The position numbers and the translations under genes were made by a program. Shown piece by piece: positions 44,208 through 53,293 of a DNA stretch of 64,000 bases. The DNA comes from Minisyncoccota bacterium (GTDB taxonomy: Bacteria; Patescibacteriota; Minisyncoccia; Phycocordibacterales; Phycocordibacteraceae), in NCBI GenBank assembly GCA_041663025.1, contig JBAZRE010000001.1, positions 5,912 through 69,911 of the forward strand. The letters are read 5' to 3'. A model generated the notes under the pieces. It ran no database searches and had not been told where the DNA came from. It worked only from the letters and a program-made list of their open reading frames with translations. Position 1 is the first letter of the stretch. The number at the start of each line of letters is the position of its first letter.

Positions 44208-44330
44208 AACTCATGTATTCTACTTGTTTTTCGAGCACTTGACAAATTGACCTTGTGGGTGTATACTGGTAGCAGGTAGTAAGTTCTGTAAATACAGTAA
44301 ATAACCCATTGAAAAAATAGGAGGTGCGTT

Positions 44331-44633
44331 ATGAAGAGGTTTTTAGTTTGTTTTTTGGTGTTAGTGACGCTCGCTGCGCCGATGTCGGCTTCAGCACGCG
44401 GTGGATTCGGAGGAAGCGGTGAGGGTATCTGTTTGGGACTTGGACTCGGGGCTTTATTCGGCCTCGCGATGTCCCAGCCGCAACCAGTCTATGTGGCGCC
44501 GGTGCGACAACCAGCAATGTGCCTGACCCTGGTTCCCGTGTGGGGAATGCGATGGGATCCATACTCAGGTCGGTACGTTCAGGTACAGGTTGGAGAACGG
44601 TACGTCCGGATGTCCTGCCCTCCCGTCTACTAA
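44331..44633 (+). CDS. small secreted hypothetical protein
   Basis: 100 aa. SD AGGAGGTG, signal peptide MKRFLVCFLVLVTLAAPMSASA, and a terminator hairpin at 44659-44680. Confidence 0.45.
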   Translation: MKRFLVCFLVLVTLAAPMSASARGGFGGSGEGICLGLGLGALFGLAMSQPQPVYVAPVRQPAMCLTLVPVWGMRWDPYSGRYVQVQVGERYVRMSCPPVY

Positions 44634-44658
44634 CGGAACGCCAGCATAACAGTCTTAG

Positions 44659-44680
44659 CCACTTGGAAGTTTTCAAGTGG
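44659..44680. terminator. bidirectional terminator hairpin
   Basis: CCACTTGgaagttttCAAGTGG with T-runs on both sides. Confidence 0.55.
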
Positions 44681-44798
44681 CTATTCTTTTATTCGCCCGC
44701 GGAGTTTTTCGGCACTGAGGATTAAACCCTGAGCAAGGACTACCCTTGCTCAAATAAAAACAGAGGGATTGGCACACTGCCAATCCCTTCCTGCAATC

Positions 44799-44957
44799 CT
44801 AGTTACGGGCGAATCCGTATGAGAGGAATTCCTGTGACGACCTCCGGGCCATTTGAGCAATTGCGGCAAGCTCCTTTGCTTGAGCATTGCTTACTTGTGC
44901 CTTCAGGACTTTTCCTGTCTTCACATCGCGCAGGTTGTCAAAAACTATTGTCTTCAC
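44799..44957 (-). CDS. small protein (52 aa) on an inserted segment at the gdh 3' end
   Basis: Not in the ORF track because it starts with GTG and is shorter than 60 aa. A very strong SD (GGAGGAAAGGAGGTGG) sits 5 nt before GTG, giving (M)KTIVFDNLRDVKTGKVLKAQVSNAQAKELAAIAQMARRSSQEFLSYGFARN*. It is followed on its strand by the hairpin GGATTGGCA-GTG-TGCCAATCC plus a T-run. Confidence 0.35.
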   Translation of the reverse strand: MKTIVFDNLRDVKTGKVLKAQVSNAQAKELAAIAQMARRSSQEFLSYGFARN

Positions 44958-44993
44958 TTTTACCACCTCCTTTCCTCCCTTACTATATCACAA

Positions 44994-46224
44994 TTATTTA
45001 ATCCGGCCGCGGAGTTTTTCGGCGGAGAGAATACGGTTGACGGCGAGGATATAGGCCGCTTGGCGCAGGGTGACACTTCCCTTCTTCTCTTGGAATACTT
45101 CGTACATCCGCTGCCAATTGTCCTTCATCTTTTTTTCTAGCAAGCTGCGCAAGTAATCCTCCTCGAGAATCTGCCCAGTGCGATTCTGCGCCCATTCAAA
45201 ATAGCTTGCGATGACGCCGCCAGAGTTTGCGAGGATATCCGGGATCACCACTTTCTTGTTTGCTTCTAGAATGCCATCGGCATCATAATCAACTGGGCCA
45301 TTGGCTAATTCAATAATGTACTTTGCTTGAATGTTTCCTGCATTTGCTTTAGTTACCTGATTGCTTAAGGCCGCTAACACCAGAATGTCAGCTGGCAACT
45401 CAAGCAGCTCGGCATTGGTGACTTTTTCTCCTGCCTCATATTCGCAGACCTGCCGACCTTTTCTCTTACATTCGATAAGCCCAGGAATATTCAGACCTTT
45501 TTTATCGTAGATACCGCCCTTACTGTCAGAGACCGCGACGATCTTAAAGCCGTCTTGATGTAGCTTCTCTGCCATATAGAGCCCAGCGTTGCCAAACCCT
45601 TGAATAATGACACTTAGGTTCTTTTTGCCCGCCAAAAATGTCTCCACCATCTTCTTCGCTATTAAATAACCTCCCTGCGCTGTCGCGTCGCCGCGCATCG
45701 CGATACCGCCAAGCTCAACCGGCTTGCCGGTGATCATGCCTGGTTCATGATGCCCAACCTGCTTTTCAAATTCATCAAGCATCCACGACATGATCTGACT
45801 ATCGGTATAGACATCAGGAGCTGGGATATCTTTGTCCTGCCCAAGATAGGTATGAAATGCCTGAATATATTTGCGACTCACCTCCTCAAGCTCCGCCTTA
45901 TCAGCATCTTTTGGATTAAAACAAACACCTCCCTTCGCACCACCATATGGGATGTCTGCCAAAGAATTCTTCAATGCCATCCAGAAAGCGAGAGACTTCA
46001 CCTCGTCTTCGTCTACTTCAGGATGGAAGCGAATACCGCCCTTGCCTGGACCAAGAGCTCTATTGTAGACAATCCGCCACGCCGGATAGCGATTTCCCTT
46101 AATACTCAGCTCGGTGTAGTTAACCTGCACAGGGTCAAGCAACACCGCCATGTCGGTGTTGCTGATACTGGCTATCTTCTGGATATCATTCAAACGCTTC
46201 AGATTATCTTCAGTGATGCTCATT
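44994..46224 (-). CDS. gdhA: NAD(P)-dependent glutamate dehydrogenase
   Basis: Start at MSITEDNLKRL… (about 46224), giving about 410 aa. The track ORF extends about 107 aa further N-terminally through a terminator hairpin and promoter-like TATATACT, which is rejected. Catalytic GGAKGG and Rossmann GFGNAG motifs are present. Confidence 0.85.
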
Positions 46225-46620
46225 TCTTTGTTATTACGTATCAGTAAACTATTTCTTACAGAGTATATACCAAAAATTAAGAAGGGCGCGGATCCTCTGG
46301 TCCGCGCCCAATAAAAGTGATTCTTATTTAACTTGAGTAGACTACCTTTGGCCAGTGAACAATCTGTTTGGTTATAACCTGCTTTTCTGGATATGTCGGC
46401 TTTTGTTTTACCGATATTTCTCCCAAATAACAGATTATTCGATATTGTTTCCCGCAACTCTTGTTCTCGCACTGAACGTATGTAGCTTCTCGATGCTTGA
46501 CCGACTTTTTGCGAAAACCAATTACCACAATCTCCTCGCCACATCTACACTTCGGTATAGCATTGTGTGCTTCCTTGTACCCAACCTCCTTCCGCCACAG
46601 ACTATATCACAGCCAAAATG

Positions 46621-46705
46621 CGGAGGCGGAGAGATTCGAACTCTCGGTGAGTTTCCCCACACACGCTTTCCAAGCGTGCGCACTAGACCGCTATGCGACG
46701 CCTCC
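46621..46705 (-). tRNA. tRNA-Ser (anticodon GGA); CA encoded
   Basis: Reverse complement GGAGGCGTCGCATAGCGGTCTAGTGCGCACGCTTGGAAAGCGTGTGTGGGGAAACTCACCGAGAGTTCGAATCTCTCCGCCTCCG, with a long variable arm. Confidence 0.85.
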
Positions 46706-46732
46706 GTTCGCTCTGTTATATCAGAAAAACGT

Positions 46733-47641
46733 TTACTGCGCTCCTGTATTGAGAAGTGCTTTTATTCTGTCTGGGATTGGTGGATGGGTAGAGAAGAGCT
46801 TCTCGATCCAGCCAGCACTACCCGTGGACTTCACTCCGAATGGATCGCCAATGAAGAGATGCGCCGTGGCGAGATTCGCACTCTTCATTGGCGCCTGGTA
46901 ACTGCCGAGCTTCTGGAGTGCCGAAGCAAGTCCTTCTGGATAACGCGTGAGGAGCGCCCCCGAAGCATCGGCGAGAAATTCGCGACGGCGTGAGACGGCG
47001 AGCTGAATGAGCTTAGCAGCAATAGGCGCGAGGACAATACCAACGACCGCGAGAATCATGATCAGCGCGTTGCCCCCTTCACGATCATTATTACTTCGCC
47101 CGCCGCCCCAAAATGAGACGCGCAAGAAGATGTTCGCAACGATTGCGACGAATCCAGCAAGCACCACCGCCACAGTCATCAGGAGTATGTCGCGATTCTT
47201 GATATGCGAGAGCTCATGTGCGATGATGCCCTCTATCTCAGCTCTCGTCATCATTGCGAGCAGTCCGGTTGTCGCACATACCACCGCATGATCCTCATCG
47301 CGACCAGTCGCGAAGGCATTTGGTGCTGGATCGTCAATCACATAGAGCTTCGGCTTCGGCAGCCCCGCCGTGATTGCGAGGTTCTCGGTGACGGTATAGA
47401 AGTCAAAGAATTCTTCACGTGAGGCCGGTCGCGCATGATTGAGTGAGAGCACGAGCTTGTCTGACTGCCAGTAGGCGTAGAAGTTGGTTGCAATAGCGAT
47501 GACTGCTGCGAAGAAGAGAATTGTCGGATTTCCGTAATACCAAGAAATGGCATATCCAACTGCCATGACGACAACAACAAACCCGAGGATGAGCGCCCAG
47601 GTCCGGCGGACGTTACTCGCACGTTCGGCATAGAGATTCAT
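46733..47641 (-). CDS. htpX: M48-family zinc protease HtpX
   Basis: 302 aa. TM helices and HELSHIKNRD (HExxH). Confidence 0.9.
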   Translation of the reverse strand: MNLYAERASNVRRTWALILGFVVVVMAVGYAISWYYGNPTILFFAAVIAIATNFYAYWQSDKLVLSLNHARPASREEFFDFYTVTENLAITAGLPKPKLYVIDDPAPNAFATGRDEDHAVVCATTGLLAMMTRAEIEGIIAHELSHIKNRDILLMTVAVVLAGFVAIVANIFLRVSFWGGGRSNNDREGGNALIMILAVVGIVLAPIAAKLIQLAVSRRREFLADASGALLTRYPEGLASALQKLGSYQAPMKSANLATAHLFIGDPFGVKSTGSAGWIEKLFSTHPPIPDRIKALLNTGAQ

Positions 47642-48282
47642 ATTCCATCTCCATTATGTACCACGACTTGATTCTTCCCATTGCCTTTTGCAACATAAGC
47701 AGCTGCATCAGCGCGTTGGATAAGACTCTCTGGGTCTAGTGGATTCGCTACATCCGCCGATGAGACTCCGATACTTGCGGTGACATTAAACTCAGTGAGT
47801 TTGTCATCGTTCTCTAGATTTATTCGTATCTTGTCCGCAACGACTTTTCCTTCTTTTTCATTTGCACGCGGCAAGAGTACATAAAACTCATCCCCGCCAA
47901 AGCGCGCCACTACGTCTGCCTCACGAACCGATGTTGCCAAGATCTCTGCGACTTTCTTTAATACATTATCACCTTCGAGATGACCATGAGTATCATTCAC
48001 TTGCTTGAAGTTATCAAGATCAACAAAGATAAGAGAAATTTCTTCGAGTGGTTCGCTCTTCTTGCGCTGTGGTTCCCCACCCTCGCGAATCGCTTTGAGT
48101 GACTTCTCTAGTTCATTCTCAAATGCCTTACGGTTTTTCAATCCTGTCAGATGATCGATGCCCAATTGCTCTTCTTGATGTGCAATATGTTCAAGCAAAT
48201 ATTTATTGCGATCAAGCACAAATTCATTTTCTTCTTCGGGAGTCGTGGGTGGTCCACCGAATTTTAGCTTCTCAATGCTCAT
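47638..48282 (-). CDS. GGDEF-domain protein (putative diguanylate cyclase), no sensor domain
   Basis: 214 aa. …TGLKNRKAFE…VDLDNFKQVND…GH..GD…RFGGDEFYVLL contains the GGDEF signature itself. Confidence 0.8.
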   Translation of the reverse strand: MSIEKLKFGGPPTTPEEENEFVLDRNKYLLEHIAHQEEQLGIDHLTGLKNRKAFENELEKSLKAIREGGEPQRKKSEPLEEISLIFVDLDNFKQVNDTHGHLEGDNVLKKVAEILATSVREADVVARFGGDEFYVLLPRANEKEGKVVADKIRINLENDDKLTEFNVTASIGVSSADVANPLDPESLIQRADAAAYVAKGNGKNQVVVHNGDGI

Positions 48283-48286
48283 ACAG

Positions 48287-48850
48287 CTAGAACTGCACCT
48301 TCACTGGCTCAGCAGCTGCCGCATCAGCAGCAGTGAGCTCGAAGAGATCCATCGGCTTGAAGTCGAATGATGAAGCGATGATATTGCCTGGGAATGACTG
48401 CTCGGTGGTGTTGAGTGCCATTACGGTCGTGTTGTAGAAGCGGCGAGAAGCTTGAATCTTATCCTCAGTGTCACTGATTTCTTGTTGCAGCTGCATGAAG
48501 TTCTGGTTTGCTTTCAAGTCCGGATACGCTTCAGAAACAGCAAAGAGTGTCTTGAGTGCACCCGAGAGCTGATTCTCTGCCTGTGCTTTATCGGCAGTAC
48601 CGGTTGCGCCCATCGCGGCCGCACGCGCTTTGGTCACATTCTCAAACGCACTCGACTCGTGCGCTGCATAGCCCTTCACCGTCTCGACAAGATTCGGGAT
48701 GAGGTCATAGCGGCGTTTCAACTGCACTTGAATATCAGCCCATGCCTCCTTTGCACGATTGGTAAGCAGCACTAAGCGATTAAAGGCGAACACGATCCAG
48801 AGCACGATAACGGCGACTGCTATAAGAATGATTGTGGTTGTTGTAGACAT
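48287..48850 (-). CDS. lemA: LemA-family protein
   Basis: 187 aa with an N-terminal TM helix. …LKRRYDLIPNLVETVKGYA…EAYPDLKANQNF…. Confidence 0.85.
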   Translation of the reverse strand: MSTTTTIILIAVAVIVLWIVFAFNRLVLLTNRAKEAWADIQVQLKRRYDLIPNLVETVKGYAAHESSAFENVTKARAAAMGATGTADKAQAENQLSGALKTLFAVSEAYPDLKANQNFMQLQQEISDTEDKIQASRRFYNTTVMALNTTEQSFPGNIIASSFDFKPMDLFELTAADAAAAEPVKVQF

Positions 48851-48876
48851 ACCTTTTATTATACCCCAGAAGGGAT

Positions 48877-50013
48877 TTAACGCACGGCGCGCGCAACGGC
48901 CTTAACCACCCGCGAGTCGAGCAGATCGGGGATAATCTTGAGAGCCGTAGGTTTTGAGACGAGCGCCGCGAGCGCGCGAGCGGCACGTAACTTGGTGTTT
49001 TCTGTAATCTTTTTGACGCCCTTATCGAGCGCGCCTCGGAAGATACCTGGGAATACGAGCGCGTTATTGATCTGATTCGGGTAATCAGAGCGGCCGGTGG
49101 CGATAACTACCGCGTCTGCCGCCTTTGCCTCTTCTGGCAGAATCTCTGGATCAGGATTCGCCATCGCAAAAACTATTCCATTATCAGCCATCGATGCAAC
49201 ATGTTCTTTCTTGAGCAAACCCTTCCCCGAGACACCAATAAAAACATCTGCACCTTGCATCGCCTCGGCGAGACCGCCCACCACCATGCGAGGATTCGTG
49301 AGCACAGCGAGTTCGGCTTTGTGCACATTCAAACCGGCACGCTTCTTGTAAATCGTGCCCTCGCGATCAAGAAGAACGATATCTGTAATCCCAGCTGCCA
49401 GAAGAAGCTTCGCGATCGCAGTACCTGCCGCGCCAGCACCACTTATCACCACTTTTAATTTCTTGAAATTCTTTTTTACTACCTTTGTTGCGTTGATGAG
49501 TCCGGCAAGGACAACAATCGCTGTGCCATGTTGATCGTCGTGCATCACAGGTATCGCGAGTTCATCAACAAGCCGCTTTTCAATAGCAAAACAACGCGGC
49601 GCCGCAATATCCTCAAGATTGATACCACCCCATGCTGGCGCGATCGCCTTTACGATTTTTATGATTTCTTCTGAATCTTGTGTTGTAAGAACAATCGGCC
49701 ACGCATCAATGCCTGCCTTTTCTTTAAAAATAAGTGCCTTCCCTTCCATCACGGGCAGAGCGCCATAGGGGCCGATGTTGCCTAGACCAAGCACGGCCGA
49801 GCCATCTGAAATGACTGCGACACTATTTTTCTTCACAGACATCAGTCGCGCATCCTCGGGGTGTTTCGCGAGGTGCAAGGCAGCCGTGGCGACACCTGGC
49901 GTATACCAGAGCGAAAAATCCTTCTTCTCGCATAGCTTCACCCGCGCTTTCGTCTCTACACGTGCACCCTGCTTCTTGTAAGTGGCAAGTATCTTTTTGG
50001 TTTTGGTGTCCAT
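48877..50013 (-). CDS. NAD(P)-dependent malic enzyme (short form)
   Basis: 378 aa. …DFSLWYTPGVA…, …ISDGSAVLGLGNIGP…, …VISGAGAAGTAIAKLL…. Confidence 0.85.
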   Translation of the reverse strand: MDTKTKKILATYKKQGARVETKARVKLCEKKDFSLWYTPGVATAALHLAKHPEDARLMSVKKNSVAVISDGSAVLGLGNIGPYGALPVMEGKALIFKEKAGIDAWPIVLTTQDSEEIIKIVKAIAPAWGGINLEDIAAPRCFAIEKRLVDELAIPVMHDDQHGTAIVVLAGLINATKVVKKNFKKLKVVISGAGAAGTAIAKLLLAAGITDIVLLDREGTIYKKRAGLNVHKAELAVLTNPRMVVGGLAEAMQGADVFIGVSGKGLLKKEHVASMADNGIVFAMANPDPEILPEEAKAADAVVIATGRSDYPNQINNALVFPGIFRGALDKGVKKITENTKLRAARALAALVSKPTALKIIPDLLDSRVVKAVARAVR

Positions 50014-50045
50014 AATAGTAGTAGTACGCTAGTATACTACGAATA

Positions 50046-52292
50046 ATGACTCCTGGTGATCTGATAGAAAAGCACTTTACTCGGCTCAAGCCGGAGCAGA
50101 AGCGGGCGTTGCATAAGCTGAAGATTCGCACAGTTCGTGATCTGCTCTACCACTTCCCCGCGCGCTACGAGAACGCGGGTGCAACGGGAACGATTGCTGG
50201 GATAGCAGCAGGCGCCGAGGTAACGCTCTATGGCACCATCAGGAAGCCTGATATCAGGAAGACGTGGAAGAGCCGTCGACCGATCGCCGAGGCATGGCTC
50301 GAAGATGCCTCTGGGAAGATTAAGATGATGTGGTTCAGCCAGCCCTATATCGCGAAGACTCTTCACGATGGGATGGTGGTTAAAGTGAGTGGGAAGGTGG
50401 CAGGAGCAGGAGCGAAGATTTATTTGGCGAACCCAACGATCGATAAATCGCCAATAGCTCCAGACGCAGTGCATAATTCTTTATTCAATCAGAATGTTAG
50501 GACATCGGATGTCCAAGTCATCGGAGGACATCCGATGTCCCAGAGCCGAGGTGACTCCTCGCGTGAGAGAGGTGTCTCCTCGGCTTCGGCTCCGGGACTC
50601 TTTCCAGTATATCCGGAGAGCCAGGGAGTCTCTTCGCTCTGGTTCTTACATGCGGTAAAAAAGATTTTTGAGGCGGGAGTGCACGAACAAATTGAAGACC
50701 CGATTCCAGCTGAAATTCTCGCACGCTACAATCTCCCCTCGCTCTCTTCTGCGATTGTTTTTATACATGCACCAAAAAAACTTTCGGACGCAACGGCAGC
50801 GCGCAAACGATTCGCCTTTGAAGAAGTGTTCGCGCTCCAGATAGTGATGCAACAACGCCGTCGCCTCCTACTCTCTGAAAAGGCGCTGCCCGTCGCCGTC
50901 GATCGTTCTAAACTCGCTGATTTTATTGCCTCATTCCCCTTCCCTGCTACCGCCGCGCAGATGCACGCGATTGAAGCTATCGTGAGCGATTTTGAAAAAT
51001 CAAGTCCGATGTTGCGACTTCTTGAAGGCGATGTGGGTAGCGGCAAGACCGCTGTCGCAGCCGCCACTGCCTATTTAGTAGCGACATCTCTGCCAAAAGG
51101 CAGAATTGCCGGTACTTTGCAGGTTGCCTATCTCTGCCCGACTGAAATCCTCGCAAAACAGCATTTTTCAACTTTTGTTTCTTATTTTAAAGACCATCCG
51201 ATCCCCATTGGTCTTATTACCGGCAGTGAATGTCGTAAGTTCCCGTCAAAAGTGCGGTATGAAGAATCTGCGAAACTCTCAAAAGTAGCGTTTAAGAAGA
51301 TGGTAGCGAATGGTGAAATACCGATTGTTATCGGCACGCACGCCATCGTCGAAAAATCAGTCAGTTTTAAATATTTTGCCTACGCGATTATTGATGAACA
51401 GCATAGGTTTGGCACGATCCATCGACAGAAGCTCGCGACCAAGGGTGATATTGCGCCACACTTGCTATCAATGACCGCAACGCCAATTCCGCGCACACTC
51501 GCGCTCACGCTTTATGGCGATCTGGATTTAACTCTTCTTGATGAAATGCCAGTGGGACGCAAGCCAGTCATCACTGAGATACTTGTGCCAAAAGAGCGTG
51601 CGAGAGCATACGAGCGCGTGCGCGCCGAGCTCGCGGCCGGCCATCAGGCCTATGTGATCTGCCCCAGAATAGACGAACCAGATCCTGCTAAAGAACTCGC
51701 GCTCATCGCGAAATCAGTGAAGGCCGAGGCGGCGCGCCTTCAAAAAGACGTATTCCCCGAGGCGGAAATAGGAATATTGCACAGTAAAATGACGCCGTCA
51801 GAAAAAGAAGAGACGATGCGAGAATTTGAGAAAGGTAAAATAGATATTCTCGTCGCGACGTCAGTGGTTGAAGTGGGTGTGAACGTCGCGAATGCGACCG
51901 TGATTCTCATCGAGGGTGCCGAACGCTTCGGGCTCGCGCAGCTGCATCAGCTGCGCGGACGAGTTATTCGCTCAACGTATCAATCCTATTGTTTTGCCCT
52001 TCCAGAATCATCTGGCGATACGACACGTGAACGCATGAAAGCATTTAAGAATGCAAAAAACGGCTTCGAGCTCGCCGAATATGACCTCGCGCTTCGCGGC
52101 GCGGGCGAGCTCGCTGGCGGGCGGCAGTGGGGCGTCTCAGACATCGCGATGGAGGCGCTTAAAAATATAAAATTAGTTGAAGCCGCCCGCACCGAAGCGG
52201 CGACTCTTGTCGCCGCCGATCCCGACCTCCACAATCACCCTGTCCTTCTCCTCCGAGCTGCCACTGCGGATAAAGAGATGCATTTGGAGTGA
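50046..52292 (+). CDS. recG: ATP-dependent DNA helicase RecG
   Basis: 748 aa. Wedge/OB N-domain, helicase motif I GDVGSGKT, DEQHRFG, and motif VI QLRGRV. It carries an in-frame palindromic insertion near codons 150-165. Confidence 0.9.
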   Translation: MTPGDLIEKHFTRLKPEQKRALHKLKIRTVRDLLYHFPARYENAGATGTIAGIAAGAEVTLYGTIRKPDIRKTWKSRRPIAEAWLEDASGKIKMMWFSQPYIAKTLHDGMVVKVSGKVAGAGAKIYLANPTIDKSPIAPDAVHNSLFNQNVRTSDVQVIGGHPMSQSRGDSSRERGVSSASAPGLFPVYPESQGVSSLWFLHAVKKIFEAGVHEQIEDPIPAEILARYNLPSLSSAIVFIHAPKKLSDATAARKRFAFEEVFALQIVMQQRRRLLLSEKALPVAVDRSKLADFIASFPFPATAAQMHAIEAIVSDFEKSSPMLRLLEGDVGSGKTAVAAATAYLVATSLPKGRIAGTLQVAYLCPTEILAKQHFSTFVSYFKDHPIPIGLITGSECRKFPSKVRYEESAKLSKVAFKKMVANGEIPIVIGTHAIVEKSVSFKYFAYAIIDEQHRFGTIHRQKLATKGDIAPHLLSMTATPIPRTLALTLYGDLDLTLLDEMPVGRKPVITEILVPKERARAYERVRAELAAGHQAYVICPRIDEPDPAKELALIAKSVKAEAARLQKDVFPEAEIGILHSKMTPSEKEETMREFEKGKIDILVATSVVEVGVNVANATVILIEGAERFGLAQLHQLRGRVIRSTYQSYCFALPESSGDTTRERMKAFKNAKNGFELAEYDLALRGAGELAGGRQWGVSDIAMEALKNIKLVEAARTEAATLVAADPDLHNHPVLLLRAATADKEMHLE
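50499..50539. repeat. in-frame palindromic element inside recG
   Basis: GGACATCGGATGTCC – 11 nt – GGACATCCGATGTCC. The 15-mers are self-complementary and the peptide is VRTSDVQVIGGHPMSQSR, similar to the tsaD insert. Confidence 0.8.
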
Positions 52293-52306
52293 GCTTGAAA
52301 ACAAGA

Positions 52307-52346
52307 AAACAAGGGTGCCCCTTGCAGCAAGGGGCACCCTTGTTTT
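52307..52346. repeat. GC-rich REP-like hairpin (family 2) between recG and 52346..53182
   Basis: AAAACAAGGGTGCCCCTTG-cagca-AGGGGCACCCTTGTTTT (stem of at least 15 bp). It may also act as a bidirectional terminator. Confidence 0.8.
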
Positions 52347-53182
52347 TACTCCGCCGTTTCTTCTTTCCCCTTATCTCTCTCCGCAACAAACTTTTTTACT
52401 TCTTCATAACTCATCTGCTTGGGCCAACGAAGATCTCCTTCTTCATTATAAATGGGCAACAGCAATTCAGGTTTGTCTTTGTATGCCTCTATTTGAGCAT
52501 CAAGAGTTCCGTAATCACCAACAATCCCGCGGAAATAGCGTGGCGCTAAGCGATGACTAAGGGCAAAACCATCTTCGCTAGTTACGATGGTTGCACCTTC
52601 CTCATTCAATTGATCATCATGAAATCCATGCAAATTATCCATCGCACGATAGGTCCGACTCTTGCCTGGAAATAATTCCGAAGCTCTTTTGCTTTTGCCC
52701 ATCTCAACCCTTTCAGAAAACGATGATAGATCGAAAATTATAAAGACATTTGGATTGCGACGACTCATCCAGTGAGAGTCTTTTATTGATTGGGGTTGTT
52801 CATATTTATATGCGTCCATCCTCCCGAGAATATTGAAGAAAACATTCCCGCCCGATGACTCTCCATCCCTCAAATTTTTTGACCAATTTTCTTTGGATAT
52901 TTCTGTCTTTCCCCAAGTAAAATCTGGACATCCCAGCAATCCTTCACGATATATTTTCGCTAGAACTTCTTTTTTTAGACTATGTTCACCCCCGCCACCA
53001 GCATCTCTGGTTACGTTAATTTGAGTAAAAGCTGTTCCCTTTTTATTGATGTCCTGCACTTTCTCCATTATCTTCTCAATCGTTTCTGGTGAGAGATCTT
53101 TTTCTAGCTCTTCGAGACTCTTTTCTTCTGGCACACTCTCGACCTTTGGCGCTTCTGGCTTTTGCGGTCCTTCTAGGCTCAT
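52346..53182 (-). CDS. hypothetical protein bracketed by family-2 REP hairpins
   Basis: 278 aa, acidic N-terminus (…PEEKSLEELEKDLSPETIEKIMEK…). No recognisable motifs. Confidence 0.45.
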   Translation of the reverse strand: MSLEGPQKPEAPKVESVPEEKSLEELEKDLSPETIEKIMEKVQDINKKGTAFTQINVTRDAGGGGEHSLKKEVLAKIYREGLLGCPDFTWGKTEISKENWSKNLRDGESSGGNVFFNILGRMDAYKYEQPQSIKDSHWMSRRNPNVFIIFDLSSFSERVEMGKSKRASELFPGKSRTYRAMDNLHGFHDDQLNEEGATIVTSEDGFALSHRLAPRYFRGIVGDYGTLDAQIEAYKDKPELLLPIYNEEGDLRWPKQMSYEEVKKFVAERDKGKEETAE

Positions 53183-53222
53183 GGGAAGAATAATATCATC
53201 AAATCAACCGTTGCAAGCATTG

Positions 53223-53269
53223 CAAGGGTGCCCCTTGTATCTTGCACAAGCTTACAAGGGGCACCCTTG
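53223..53269. repeat. REP-like hairpin (family 2) upstream of the second RAYT gene
   Basis: CAAGGGTGCCCCTTG – 17 nt – CAAGGGGCACCCTTG. Confidence 0.8.
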
Positions 53270-53293
53270 TTAGGTTACGATAGTAAATAAGTT

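Noticed and set aside
44819-45140. Plus-strand track ORFs 44819-45001 and 44853-45140 in the gdh 3' region.
   Set aside because: They have no SD and overlap the gdh 3' end and the strongly signalled minus-strand small ORF. The repeated PAEFFG peptide is just the antisense or duplicate reading of the duplicated gdh tail.
46225-46544. A 107-aa N-terminal extension of the glutamate dehydrogenase ORF, and the 66-aa ORF 46328-46528.
   Set aside because: The extension passes through a strong hairpin terminator (46285-46312) and a TATATACT promoter-like element. The GDH homology starts at MSITEDN. The 66-aa ORF has only a weak two-Cys pattern, so it is not called.
46355-46993. Track ORFs 46355-46993 and 46497-46901 on the plus strand.
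   Set aside because: They run antisense through tRNA-Ser(GGA) and the 3' part of htpX, and are Arg/Cys-rich with antisense-type composition.
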